Notes under the pieces: model-generated
Database searches by the model: none
What the model was told of the DNA's origin: nothing
What the model saw: the letters and a program-made list of their open reading frames with translations, nothing else
In this document: one piece after another, positions 51,110 to 62,967 of the stretch
Layout: each line of letters opens with the position of its first letter
Numbering within the stretch: position 1 is the first letter of the stretch
Assembly (NCBI RefSeq): GCF_001194135.2
Contig: NC_068996.1
Coordinates: forward strand, 53,053,377 to 53,117,376
From: Octopus bimaculoides
Lineage: Eukaryota
DNA: 64,000 nt
Reading direction: 5' to 3'
Position numbers and translations under genes: made by a program

Positions 51110-51240
51110 ATATTATTATTATTGTTGTTGTTGTTGTTGTTCTTCTTCTTCTTCTTATTATTATTGTTATTATTATTATTATTGTTATTATTATTATTAT
51201 TATTATTATTTTATTTTTTTATTTATTTATTTTTATTTTG
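51110..51240. repeat. (TTA/TTG/TTC)n microsatellite; other large ones are (TA)n 15241-15300, (CA)n 31860-31920, (GA)n 34928-34984, (TA)n 41716-41772, (GATA/GATG)n 42575-42670 and (TATAG)n 46360-46405
   Basis: Direct inspection. Confidence 0.9.
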
Positions 51241-51778
51241 GTTTGGTTCAAGTTCGGTCTTAGCCCTAGTATGATTTATATGGATAGTGGGTTACGACCC
51301 ATAACCTTAAGTATCCACAAGTTTTCAGCAGTCTTTCAAAGTGCTTAGAACACTACTGATAATCCTTGCTGTCCCAAAGAAACAAACTTCCTGTAGGAGC
51401 TCTACTGGGCATTCCATTTCAATCTCCTCCAGCCATTTGTCTACGTCTTTGCTTACCGTTCCCAATGCACCAATTATTATAGGCACCACCTTTACTATTC
51501 TCATGCTCCAAATTCTTCCTATTTCAAATTTTAAGGGACTGTATTTTTTTTGTTTTTCTTCCTCTTTCTTTACAATCCTCAAATCAAATGGGCATTATTA
51601 TTATCATTCAACGTTTGGTAGTTTGAGGCAAATTCCTACTGTATCACCTGCTACACCCCTGTGTTGCTGGGCTGTGTGCAGCACTGTGTGTTCTTTTTTT
51701 ATTGTTGAGAGAGTACAAACTCTCCCAATATTGTATTGCGTCAGTTACTTTTTGTTTAAGCTGTTGTTATTGAATTGA
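51240..51778 (-). mobile_element. Second R4/Dong-like endonuclease-end fragment (51240-51595) fused to a 3' UTR fragment of copy 1 (51596-51778)
   Basis: KE.EK..KY..LK.EI.R.W...VVPIIIGALG...GTARII; 51600-51775 is homologous to 49715-49890; (TAA)n on both sides. Confidence 0.75.
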
Positions 51779-52049
51779 TATTATTATTATTATTATTATT
51801 ATTAGCAATAACAGCTGTGGGTTTCTAAAATCGTTGGAGCATCAAACAAATTGCCTTGCTGTATTTGTTCAGGCTTTTTAGATTATAAGTTCTTGGCCAT
51901 CTGATTTTCAACGTAACCTTTTTTTGCCAAGTACCTCTATTCTAGTCAGGTAATGAGGTTGGTATAATTAAATAACCCCTCCCTTCCTCAATTTGTTGGC
52001 TTTACACCTGAATTAGAAACAATTATTATTAGTAGACTGGTTCCCAAGC

Positions 52050-53980
52050 ACCATCTGAATGTAGTCGATGCCAGTGCCCCCTGACTAGCTCCCATGCCGG
52101 TGGCACATAAAAAGCACTGAGTGTGATTGATGCGAGGGCCACCTGACTGGCTCCTGTGCTGGTGGCACATAAAAGCACCCACTACACCCTCGGAGTGGTT
52201 GGTGTTAGGAAGGGCATCCAGCTGTAGAAACCTTGCCAGATCAGATTGGGGCCTGGTGCAGCCACTGGCTTTCCAGACCTCAGTCAAACCGTCCAACCCA
52301 TGCCGGCATAGAAAACAGACGTTAAACAATGATGATGATGATGATGATGTTGATATTTCATATGCTGTGAAAAATATGATACTAGAGGAACCAAGATAGA
52401 TAAACAAATCAACCATAATAGTATCTCAATGAATACATTAAAGCATTGTATTCTGATTTGTACCCAGCTAATACATGATTCTTGAACTCAAATCAAATAT
52501 CTCCTGTTCTGACTTTATTAGATCTTTTTTTTTTTTTTACTTGTTTCAGTCATTAGACTATGGCCATGCTGGGGCACCGCCTTGAAGAATTTTTAGTCAA
52601 ACAAATTGACCCCAAGACTTTTTTTTTCTTTTAAGCCTGGTACTTATTTTATCAGGGAATGTAAATGCACCAACACCGTTTGTCAAGTGGTGGTGGACAC
52701 GGACACACACACACACATTTATATACAATAGGCTTTGAGTTTCTGCCTACCAAATCCACTAACATGGTGTTAATCAGCGCAAAACTATAGAAGGTACTTG
52801 CCCAAGCTGCCATGCAGTAGGACTGAACCTGTATATTATTATTGTTAATAGAATGGATCTAAATTAAGAGTGATGTGATCAATACTTTGTTCTAAAAAAA
52901 AAAACACACCTGTGTGATTGGAATTCTGGATATTAAGAAGGAATCTTTTAATGCATGTGTCTCCCAAAATGTTTTCAAATAATAGAATAGAAAATTATGT
53001 ACCTGTGTATATATACTGGCATGGGTGACATGCAAAAGGCACTTGTGCTGGTGATACATAAAAGGCACACATTACACTCTTGGAGTGGTTGACATTAAGA
53101 GAGACATCCAACCAAAACAGACTGGAATCTTGTGCAGCTCTCCAGCTTACCAGTTCCGGTCAAACTGTCCAACCCATGCCAGCATGGAAAATGGACACTA
53201 AATGTTGATGATGATGATATCTGAATAGAAGGTAAAATTATGTATGTCTTACTATTGCTAATAATGATAATAATGAATAGCATTATGTAATTGAAATTGC
53301 ATTTTACTAATTAGCAATATTGACAGCTTCTTTCTCTGTTTTGGTTCTTATTTCCTGCTTTTTAAATTTTTTACAGATTATGGACGAGTTGTGTTTGCCT
53401 TTGCTGCATTTTACTTCATGCAAACAAATTATCAGCTAGCAGCTTTCCTTTATCTTCTCAGTGGATTTTTGGATTCATTTGATGGACATGCTGCTCGAGT
53501 TTTGAATCAAGGTAAAGAAATATTATCTCCTTTTCAAGCTGTTTATTTTCATACATAATTTAAATATTAATTAGAAATCATTGTTGCATTAATAAAGAAA
53601 AAAAAGCTAAGATTTTCAATTTATTTTTATATTGTGCATTTTCTGAAAATAGCATCATTAGTTATAGGTTTCCGATGCTTCCAGTCATTAGTTCATTACA
53701 TTTCCAATGCTGAGAGTGATTAAGGAGTGTCCATACAAGTTGGATGGAATAGCGAGTTCATTGCCAGTACTGCTGGACTGGCCTTCGTGCCGGTGGCACG
53801 TAAAAGCACCCACTACACTCTCTGAGTGGTTGGCTTTAGGAAGGGCATCCAGCTGTAGAAACTCTGCCAAATCAGATTGGAGCCTGGTTGTAGCCATCTG
53901 GTTTCACCAGTCCTCAGTCAAATCGTCTAACCCATGCTAGCATGGAAAGTGGACGTTAAACGATGATGATGATGATGATG
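52050..53980 (+). mobile_element. Cluster of RTE 3'-tail copies (about 52050-52350, 52990-53220, 53750-53980) plus a family-A SINE (-, 52530-52830) flanking CDIPT exon 2
   Basis: Homology to 2300-2605 and 11550-11966. Confidence 0.75.
53377..53511 (+). CDS. CDIPT: CDIPT exon 2
   Basis: ttttttacAG; (D)YGRVVFAFAAFYFMQTNYQLAAFLYLLSGFLDSFDGHAARVLNQ; donor AG|GTAAAG. Confidence 0.96.
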
Positions 53981-54005
53981 AAGGTATCTTTAGGTNNNNN
54001 NNNNN

Positions 54006-54059
<54 letters not shown>

Positions 54060-54147
54060 GTATACATGTGTATATATATATATATATATATCTTTTAGCT
54101 ACAAGAATCCATCTTCACACTTTTAACCAACCAAAATTTATTTTGAT

Positions 54148-54480
54148 CAGAGGTTCTCAACCAGGATCCATGTGACCCTTTAAGGGTCCATATAAGATTT
54201 TGTTGTTAAAATTTATCTGCAATAAATCAGTTATAAATGGCAGTGCCCCAGCATGGCCACAGCTCATGAGCTGAAACTAGATAAAATGAAATAAAATGAA
54301 AATGAAATACTTCTACAATACACCAAATATTTTAACACTTTTTTTTATACAATCCCTAATAATATTTAATTATGAAAATTTAATTGGATTTCTAAAAAGA
54401 AATCAAATGACTAGGAGGGTCTATCTTAGTAAAATAGGAGCCAAAGGGTTCTATAGGCAAAAAGTGGTTGAGAGCCACTG
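54148..54480. mobile_element. hAT-type MITE; partial reverse copy ends at 57210
   Basis: TIR CAGAGGTTCTCAACC / GGTTGAGAGCCACTG. Confidence 0.65.
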
Positions 54481-55739
54481 ATTTAAATGCTTACAGAAGA
54501 AAATATATGGTCATGTTGCAATACTGTTGTATCAAAACTGGAATGGATGTGCAACAGACTTTTCAACCTCACAGTCGTACATGCAAAAACCATTTCTTTA
54601 ATCTCAAGCATTTTTTAGATTTTCAGCTAACAGTTATGTTCTTTATCTGGCCAATAATTTTTCCATATTTCTCTTTCTTACCACTAACACTTGACTGTGA
54701 AGAAGTGAATCCTGTTTTGTCTATTGAGACAAATCAGAAACAAGAGTAACAGAATAATGCACTACTTGTATCTCCTCAATAAAGCTCATTCATAACTTTG
54801 CTTGACTGATATAAAACATGGTTGGTCCTTGCACAGCTTTTAACATAATGAGACTCGTAAACTTCTTGGTCAAAACTTTCTATGGATTACACCTTTAATT
54901 AATTAATCATGTAGACCTATAGATTTTTCATTACTATATCTATTCATGTTACTCACCCACCCCATAGTCTCTCACTTCAGCTCTGATGTACCCAATTTAA
55001 TGTCACTGTTGTCAATATTCATTAACCTCTATTATCACTATAGAAGCCTTCCAATTCCTTTAAATCTGCTCTCCTGTCAATTGATAAAATCAACAGCTTC
55101 TTTCAGACATTGTGCTTTAGCATTTAAACCAGCCTTATCCAACCGCAATATTATACCTGTTTTAATGAGTAAATAATCCAAATCCAGTCTCTCACATCTA
55201 CTCTACAATTTCAATCTAAAAATAGATTATTGTATCATTGAAATGTCAAAGCCAGAAGATAATGCACGTTTAATTGAAAACAATGTGAATACTGATATAT
55301 TTCAATCATATCATTGAAATGTCAACGCTATGAGATAACGCCTGATTAACTGAAAGAAAAAAAATGTGAATAAATAAGCAATACATTGGAGGGAATAATC
55401 TGAATGCTAAAGGGTTAATGATAAACCTCGCCATACTTACCAATGTCACTCCTATACTGTACGTGAGAAATATTACATGTGTTGTTTATCTCGAGTTACT
55501 TCCCTTGAAACTTTATTTCGTCATCAATTTTAAAAAGGCGACAAAATGATTTGGCTTCCTCTGGAAGATAAAGAAATGTTTACATAATCCAGATATAAAA
55601 TAAACTGTGGGATATTTACTATTTCCATACCTGGCATGATGTAGCTCAATCAATCATTGGCATCTTTGAAAATATTCTGAATAAAGACATTTGTTTGATT
55701 AATAAACTCTCATTTCATGAAAATTTTAAGTATATTTTT

Positions 55740-56115
55740 TTTATCTTTTACTTGTTATATTCATTAGACAGTAGCCATGCTGGGGCACCGTCTTGAAGGC
55801 TTTAGTTGAACAAATTAACCCCACGATTTGTCTTCCTTTTTAAGCCTGATACTTATTCTATTGGTCTCTTTTGCCAAACCACTAAGTTACAGGGACAAAC
55901 ACAGCAACACCAGTTGTCAAGTAATGGTGGAGGACATGCATAAATACACACACATAGATATGTATACATATACGATGGGCTTCTTTCAGTTTCCGTCTAC
56001 CAAATCCACTCACAAGGCTTTGGTTGGCCCAAGGCTATAGCAGAAGACACTTGCCCAACGTGCCATGCAGTGGAACTGACCTTAGAACCACACTTCTTAA
56101 CACACAGCCATCTCT
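55740..56115 (-). mobile_element. Family-A SINE
   Basis: Collinear with 11550-11966. Confidence 0.8.
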
Positions 56116-56369
56116 GTGTCTATATATGTTGCTTATAATTTTTATCTTTTTACTTCAATTAATGATTTCATCATAATTTTTTTCTTTCAGAACATAATAA
56201 TTGCATTCCCAAACTGTCCTGTGATATTCCTTCTATTTTAAACCAAATATTACATACATTTTTAAAATGTCTTCATTTACCCACCCCCACCCCATCCCCA
56301 AGGTACTTTATTAAGCTACTTCTCTTCTTGTGTATCCTTGCTTAACATTTATTTGTATCTTTTATATAC

Positions 56370-56575
56370 ATATGTACCTGTGACAGTGACACATAAAAAG
56401 CACCCATGTCATGTAAAAGGTGATTGGTGTTAGGAAGGGCAGCATGCAGCCATAGAAACGATGCCAAAACAATCGGAGCCTGGTGCATCTCCCCAGCTTG
56501 CCAGCCCTGGTCAAACCGTCCAACCATGCCATCATGGACAACGGATGTTAAATGATGATGATGACGATGATGACA
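56370..56575 (+). mobile_element. RTE 3'-tail copy ending 43 nt before CDIPT exon 3
   Basis: TTAGGAAGGGCA core; (GAT)n tail. Confidence 0.75.
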
Positions 56576-56618
56576 TACACACTCACATGCATATATTCTT
56601 TCTTTCTTTAAACTTCAG

Positions 56619-56772
56619 GTAGCAAACTTGGAGCCATGCTTGACCAACTTATAGACCGATTTACAACAATGTGTCTTATGGCAGCATTGTGTTTCTTCTA
56701 CCCAAAATACATGCTATTTTTCCAGTTCAGCATGACAGTTGACATTGTCAGTCACTGGTTTCACTTACAAAG
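56619..56772 (+). CDS. CDIPT: CDIPT exon 3
   Basis: cttcAG; (G)SKLGAMLDQLIDRFTTMCLMAALCFFYPKYMLFFQFSMTVDIVSHWFHLQ; donor AG|GTAAGT. Confidence 0.96.
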
Positions 56773-57299
56773 GTAAGTTGTTTGTTACATTACCAGCTTT
56801 CTCCATTTGCACCGATGGTTGATCTTATTGATATTGTACACATCTTAAATTGTAATCACTGCCCATGTATGACTAAGGGCTGATGTACTTGCCTTAAATC
56901 TTATTGTAATGGTAGGAGTTAAAAAGTTACAACTTACAGTACTCTTATGACTTGGACATTTTTATTCTAATTCAGTGGCACTCAATCATTTTTTGCCTAT
57001 GAATCCCTTTGGTTCCTCTTTTGCTTAGATAGACCTTAATAGTCATTCACTGTGTGTAAAAATATCCTTTCTGTATTTTTATGATTAAATATTATTGGGA
57101 ATTGTATTAAAACAAATTTAAACATCTTGTGTATTGCAGAAGTTTTAGTAATTTGTTGCAGATAAATTTTAACAACAAAATCTTGTATGGACCCTAGTTG
57201 AGAACCACTGCTTGAATTTGTTGTACAGCTGATTAAGTTAAAGTATTGCTGGTCCACCCATAGAAAAAGACTGGAGCAATTTCACCAGTTATGTCTCTA

Positions 57300-57640
57300 C
57301 TTATATCCTGGCTACACTATGGCAGATCTATGTGATTGTGTTGAAGTCCTTGGGCACAGTCTACCAATGAAGTGTCTATAGTACTTCAGCACAGATTACA
57401 ATAGAATGGTCTGGTGGTTGGGACAGAAGATAATAGGATCCCTGAGCAATTTGTGTATGGTGAGTTAGGCCAGAGTGAAACACCAGCACAGAAACTGAGA
57501 TTAAGGTATGAGATATGAAGACTGTATCAAGAATACACTGGAAAAAATCAAAATCTTGGCAAATGAATAGAAAATTTTTTACTGTAGATTGTTCATCGTG
57601 AAAGAAGGCAGTGCATGGTGGCAAGAAGGAATGTAAATAA
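57300..57640 (+). mobile_element. RTE/BovB-like ORF C-terminal relic
   Basis: RIPEQFVYGEL...KLRLRYED..KNTL motif. Confidence 0.5.
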
Positions 57641-58239
57641 AATCATATTGAGCATGAAAAATTCAAGAGAGATGTTGATGTTAATTTAGCTTGTTATGAT
57701 GGTGAACAATCTCGTTTAACTTGAGTGTTGTTGTGTCTAAAGCAGGTCTTAGAAGTCTTTAGAGAAATCACATACACACACATGGAAGTTGTTAGCCATT
57801 CATTATACAGCATCTCTACTGGTGGGAAGTATGGAAAAGAATGTAAATCAGGAGGTGGACTGAAGCATCACATGGAAATTCACCAAAGCAATATTGTAAC
57901 ACCTACTGCAAGAGGCGACCATCATTGTCACTTTTGTACAAAAGAATGTATCAAGCAGGACTGTAAAGCCACATCTGTGCTGCTCGTGTTTAAAAGAACA
58001 ATAAAGCAATGGCATTACATGAAATCAAGTTGCAATCATCATATTTATATAGGTATATTTATACAACACACACACACACACACACACACATACATGCACT
58101 ATTCTTTAAATGATGTTCGTAGTCAACATTCTGTTTTTATCATTATGATGGGTTTTCCTGTCTGACTGAAAGAGACTTTGCTGCTATTTCTGGTAGGTTG
58201 AGTAACTGCATAAAAGCATTATTGCATATATGTGTTTGT

Positions 58240-58855
58240 GGCAAAGGGACAGGAAGACATGGGATGAGGTGGTGAAGCATGACCTTAGAATGTTGGGCCT
58301 CACAGAGGCAATGACAAAAGATAGAGACCTCTGGAGATATGCTGTGACTGAGAAGACCTGGCTAATACAGCTGTAACCTACACCAGTGTTGCATAACCAG
58401 CCCATTCAAAAGTACCTTGTATTGTAGGGTGACATGCCGTGCTTGAGGAGACCTATTGAGTCAAGTACATCAACATCAAAATCAAATCACAATCAAATGG
58501 AAATTTTAGTTGTGATCCCTGTGCTGGTGGCACATTAAAAGCACCATCCAAATGTGGTTGATGCCAGCCTCCTCACCCCGACTGGCTCCTGTGCCGGTGG
58601 CATGTAAAAGGCACCATCCAAACGTGGCTTATACCAGCAGCATTTGACTGGCTCCCATGCTGGTGGCATGTAAAAAAGCACCCACTACACTCTCGGAGTG
58701 GTTAGCGTTAGGAAGGGCATCCAGCTGTAGCAGCACTGCCAGATCAGACTGGAGCCTGGTGCAGCCTCCTGGCTTCCCAGACCCCAGTCGAACCGTTCAA
58801 CCCATGCCAGCATGGAAAACAGACATTAAACGATCATGGTGATGGTGATGATGAT
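58240..58855 (+). mobile_element. 5'-truncated RTE LINE (ORF end + modular 3' UTR)
   Basis: RKTWDEVVKHDLRMLGLTEAMTKDRDLWRYAVTEKT followed by the same UTR modules as 1157-2605. Confidence 0.85.
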
Positions 58856-60152
58856 TTTGTCCACAATAATAATTTAACATTTCAATGACACAGCATAGCC
58901 AAAACTTCCCCATACATAAATAAAGTGCTAAATAAGCTTCAGTCAATTAGTTATTCACTAGAAGGAATGTTCCCAAGGGTTTTTTTTTTGGTTTTTTTTG
59001 TAAATCCCTAATTGTACTATATTGATAAATATTTATGTGGAAAATAATTGATTCTTTACCTTGCTGAAGGGTTTATTGAAATAATTTACTTCCACCTCAG
59101 AAATAAGTAATTTCTGGTGGTGAAACAGTCCGTTTCCAATAAATCAAAATTGGTTTAAAACAAAATAAACTATTTTTACTGACTGAAAGTCTAAGTAAAT
59201 CTGTTGCTATTTCCATTATTTTTTTCTCTTTCATCTTTTAGTTTCTTCATTTCTTTTCATCATGCAGTATTTTGTTATAACTGAAAGTAAAATGTTCATG
59301 TCATTTTGTGTTTGTGTGTGTGATAAGCTTTGACTAAATATAAAGCATAAACCTTATTTTTCCTTATGTCACATATATAAATTTAACGAATAGTTTGAAT
59401 AAGTTTGCTATTTATTTTGTTTTTCCAAATAAATTGCTCAAAAATCCTCAACTGTTGTAATTATAAGAAAAACCAGAAAAGCATGACATCAGAAATGCAT
59501 CAAAGTGTTTTCTAACAAAATATAGAATAAAGAAAAAAAAAAAATCAAGTATATTACTGCCCTTCAGTTTTCTGAGTTGAAAATGCATTGAAACGATGCC
59601 ATTATAGAACATTTTTCAAATTCCATAAAATGTCATTTCATGAAATCATTGAAACAGTATCTGTTGAATGGATGGATGGACAGATTGCTAGAGAAACACA
59701 GTTCTTATTAAAATATTGGCAATCAAAGTAAATTCCCAACAGGTAAATAAGGTGTACCCATACCCCAGTGGAACTTAGTTTGTTATTGAATATAATCTTG
59801 CAGGTGTTGAGATGTCAACCACAAAATCTGTAGGCCTCTGTGTATTTTAAAGATCACAGTGACCGAAGATGATTAATATACCCTTATTTACTTTATGTTT
59901 ACTGTTTATTATGTTAGTTGGACTGGTGTTCCCGTCTTGATTGTTACTTTCGCTATGTTTTGGCTGTCATATTTAGAACATAACTTAACGTGAAATTATG
60001 ATGAAACATGTTAATTTAGATCACCTTAAACAGGAAATTTGTGTCATAGGTTCAGGGCAGTTTCAGGGTTTGTATTAAAAAGGTTAAATATTTTCTTTAA
60101 AATGATTTTTTTAAATGAAATATTTTTAAGTAAATATTTTCTCTATTTTCAG

Positions 60153-60234
60153 TTCCCTTATGAAAGGTGCTGGTAGCCATAAAGTTCTTGATTTGTCAGC
60201 AAATCCAATTCTGCGCCATTATTATCACAATAAA
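60153..60234 (+). CDS. CDIPT: CDIPT exon 4
   Basis: ctattttcAG; (S)SLMKGAGSHKVLDLSANPILRHYYHNK; donor GTATGT. Confidence 0.95.
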
Positions 60235-60529
60235 GTATGTTATACATATTGTTTTTTTGAAATTTTAACTATGAAGTTTGTCCATTTCTAATTGATGCTT
60301 GTTTCCTGTTCAATTTTCTGTTAATTGCTATAAAAAATGCCTGCATTGTCTTTAAATTTTCATCTTGAAATAACCATTTATTCCAATGCTTTTCTTGCAT
60401 GTCTTTGTGATATTGCTTCCTAAAACAAACATCACATTTAAGTAGAAGGGTATGGTTGATACAGTTGATCAAATTGACAAGAGTTCAATAAGAATCAAAA
60501 ATCAGTTTAAATCTCTCCATCATATTTTG

Positions 60530-60850
60530 TGAAGGCACATGGCTCAGTGGTTCGAGTGTCAGGCTCACATTCATGAGGTTGTGAGTTCGATTCCTTGACC
60601 AGGCTGTGTGTTGTGCTCTTGAGCAAGACACTTTATTTCACGTTGCTCTAGTTCACTCAGCTGTAGAAATGAGTTGCGACTCTTCACTGGTGCCAAGCTG
60701 TATCAGCCTTTGCCTTTCCCTTGGATAAGATCAGTGGTATGGAGAGGGGAGGCTGGTATGCATGGGCGACTGCTGGTCTTCCATTTGTGCCTCAGAGGGT
60801 AGCTTTCTAGGTGCAAATCCCATTGTCATTCATGACCGAAGGGAGCCCAT
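60530..60850 (+). mobile_element. Family-C SINE with a distinct 3' tail
   Basis: GGCACATGGCTCAGTGGTT head, GAGTTCGATTCC B-box, TCTTGAGCAAGACACTTTATTTCACGTTGC centre. Confidence 0.8.
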
Positions 60851-61644
60851 AGTTGGTATATTAAATGTAATACTTTCCTGGCACTTATTCACTTGGATGG
60901 TTGAAAAAGAAATTTGACCCACAAATCAGTTGAGCAAATATTATAACAACTTAACCAAATATGCCAGGCTGATTGCTGGAAGTGATCAAAGATATAGAAA
61001 TATTAATATTTTACAGTTAAACCATTCTTTCCTTAAATGACAAAGCTGTAAACAATAAGATAGGAATAAAAATCTTCATCTAGTTTTTTTTTTTAATTTC
61101 AAATCAATATGTCTTCTTTACAAGGTTAAGTTAATAACTAGTGGACTATCACTTCATTGTTTAGAAGATCATGTGTACTGTTGGTGTCTCCTTGTTTCTT
61201 TGGACAAGACAGTTTACATTGCTGTTGGAAATAAGTATCAAAAAGGGTTGTGATAAGAGGCAAGCATCTTACCGAAAAAAATTGGGATTCTTTCCACTTA
61301 GTAAGTCTGCAAGGCCTAAGTGAGGACTTGTATTAACAACAATCGTAATACAATCCAATGAATTGATATCAAGAAGTTTGGTTGTTGAGGTGAGTGGAAT
61401 AAATTTCAATATAGGTTCTTTGATGAAATGGAAGCACCTGTATTTGTTGAAACCATATCTAAAACATTAGAATTTTTCACTCCATCACAGCAACCAAATT
61501 CACTGATATCTACTAATTTGCTTTGATTTTATAATCATTGTTACTAATGCAGGCTCTCATCTACTTCCTTGAATTGTGATTTCACCTTAGTTTTAAAAAG
61601 TCTATATATTTGCCATGTATGATTTTATTCCGTTTCTCTTTTAG

Positions 61645-61726
61645 ATCATTCTCTTTCTGATGTGTTCAGGCAATGAACTTTTCTACTGCTTGTTGTACGT
61701 CAGATATTTCACATCTGGACCAGCAG
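61645..61726 (+). CDS. CDIPT: CDIPT exon 5
   Basis: tttctcttttAG; IILFLMCSGNELFYCLLYVRYFTSGPA; donor AG|GTAATA. Confidence 0.95.
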
Positions 61727-62752
61727 GTAATAAGTTTTATTGTTATAGTGTAATGTATATTGTAATACTTTGTTAAATTTGGCACCTCTTGTTCACAATA
61801 ATTTCTGTGTAATCCAACTCTTGAAAAAGAAATTTTTTTGTCTTAAAAAGTGTTCTTTAGTTTGTAAAAATACTTCCTTAACAATATTTTTTACTCATCA
61901 TAAATTTTTAAAAAAATAAATAATTTATTGCTTTAAAAATAATGTATACTGTCATGATAAATGGACAGGACATATTTTACAAAAAAAAACAAAAACATTT
62001 TTCTACATAAAATTGAGAACTGGAATCATTAATATTAATATTTCAAGAGATTACTTATTTTANNNNNNNNNNNNNNNNNNNNNNNNNNNNNNNNNNNNNN
62101 NNNNNNNNNNNNNNNNNNNNNNNNNNNNNNNNNNNNNNNNNNNNNNNNNNNNNNNNNNNNNNNNNNNNNNNNNNNNNNNNNNNNNNNNNNNNNNNNNNNN
62201 NNNNNNNNNNNNNNNNNNNNNNNNNNNNNNNNNNNNNNNNNNNNNNNNNNNNNNNNNNNNNNNNNNNNNNNNNNNNNNNNNNNNNNNNNNNNNNNNNNNN
62301 NNNNNNNNNNNNNNNNNNNNNNNNNNNNNNNNNNNNNNNNNNNNNNNNNNNNNNNNNNNNNNNNNNNNNNNNNNNNNNNNNNNNNNNNNNNNNNNNNNNN
62401 NNNNNNNNNNNNNNNNNNNNNNNNNNNNNNNNNNNNNNNNNNNNNNNNNNNNNNNNNNNNNNNNNNNNNNNNNNNNNNNNNNNNNNNNNNNNNNNNNNNN
62501 NNNNNNNNNNNNNNNNNNNNNNNNNNNNNNNNNNNNNNNNNNNNNNNNNNNNNNNNNNNNNNNNNNNNNNNNNNNNNNNNNNNNNNNNNNNNNNNNNNNN
62601 NNNNNNNNNNNNNNNNNNNNNNNNNNNNNNNNNNNNNNNNNNNNNNNNNNNNNNNNNNNNNNNNNNNNNNNNNNNNNNNNNNNNNNNNNNNNNNNNNNNN
62701 NNNNNNNNNNNNNNNNNNNNNNNNNNNNNNNNNNNNNNNNNNNNNNNGATTA

Positions 62753-62822
62753 ACAGCAGACGCGTTTCAGGATTATGATTAATAATTAACAATTAATAAT
62801 CAATTTCCTTCATCAGTACTGT
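62753..62822 (-). ncRNA. Canonical minimal type-I hammerhead ribozyme (GAAACGCGUC) in CDIPT intron 5, antisense to CDIPT
   Basis: Minus strand: ACAGTA-CTGATGA-AGGA-[AT-rich hairpin, 10/11 bp]-TCCT-GAAAC-GC-GTC-TGCTGT. Stem I has 6 bp (one G-U), stem III is the palindrome ACGCGT, and the GUC site is at 62759. Confidence 0.85.
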
Positions 62823-62967
62823 ATTTCAGTAGTAAATTCGACTATGCTAGCAAACCCTGCAAGCATGGATGGGTAGTTCCACACTGACACAGATCAGAAA
62901 GCACAACTGAATTCACCTCGGCCAGCCAGTTCTAACTGTCCCCTATATATATATATATATATATATA

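Noticed and set aside
11880-60600. tRNA-like sequences at SINE heads (e.g. 11880, 32358, 36080, 37715, 60530)
   Set aside because: No full cloverleaf or acceptor stem; each continues into a repeat body, so none is a tRNA gene.
30114-62792. Long ORFs in the track at 30114-30502, 36176-36712 and 62013-62792, and YI/HT/CV-rich ORFs
   Set aside because: Artefacts of N gaps and microsatellites.
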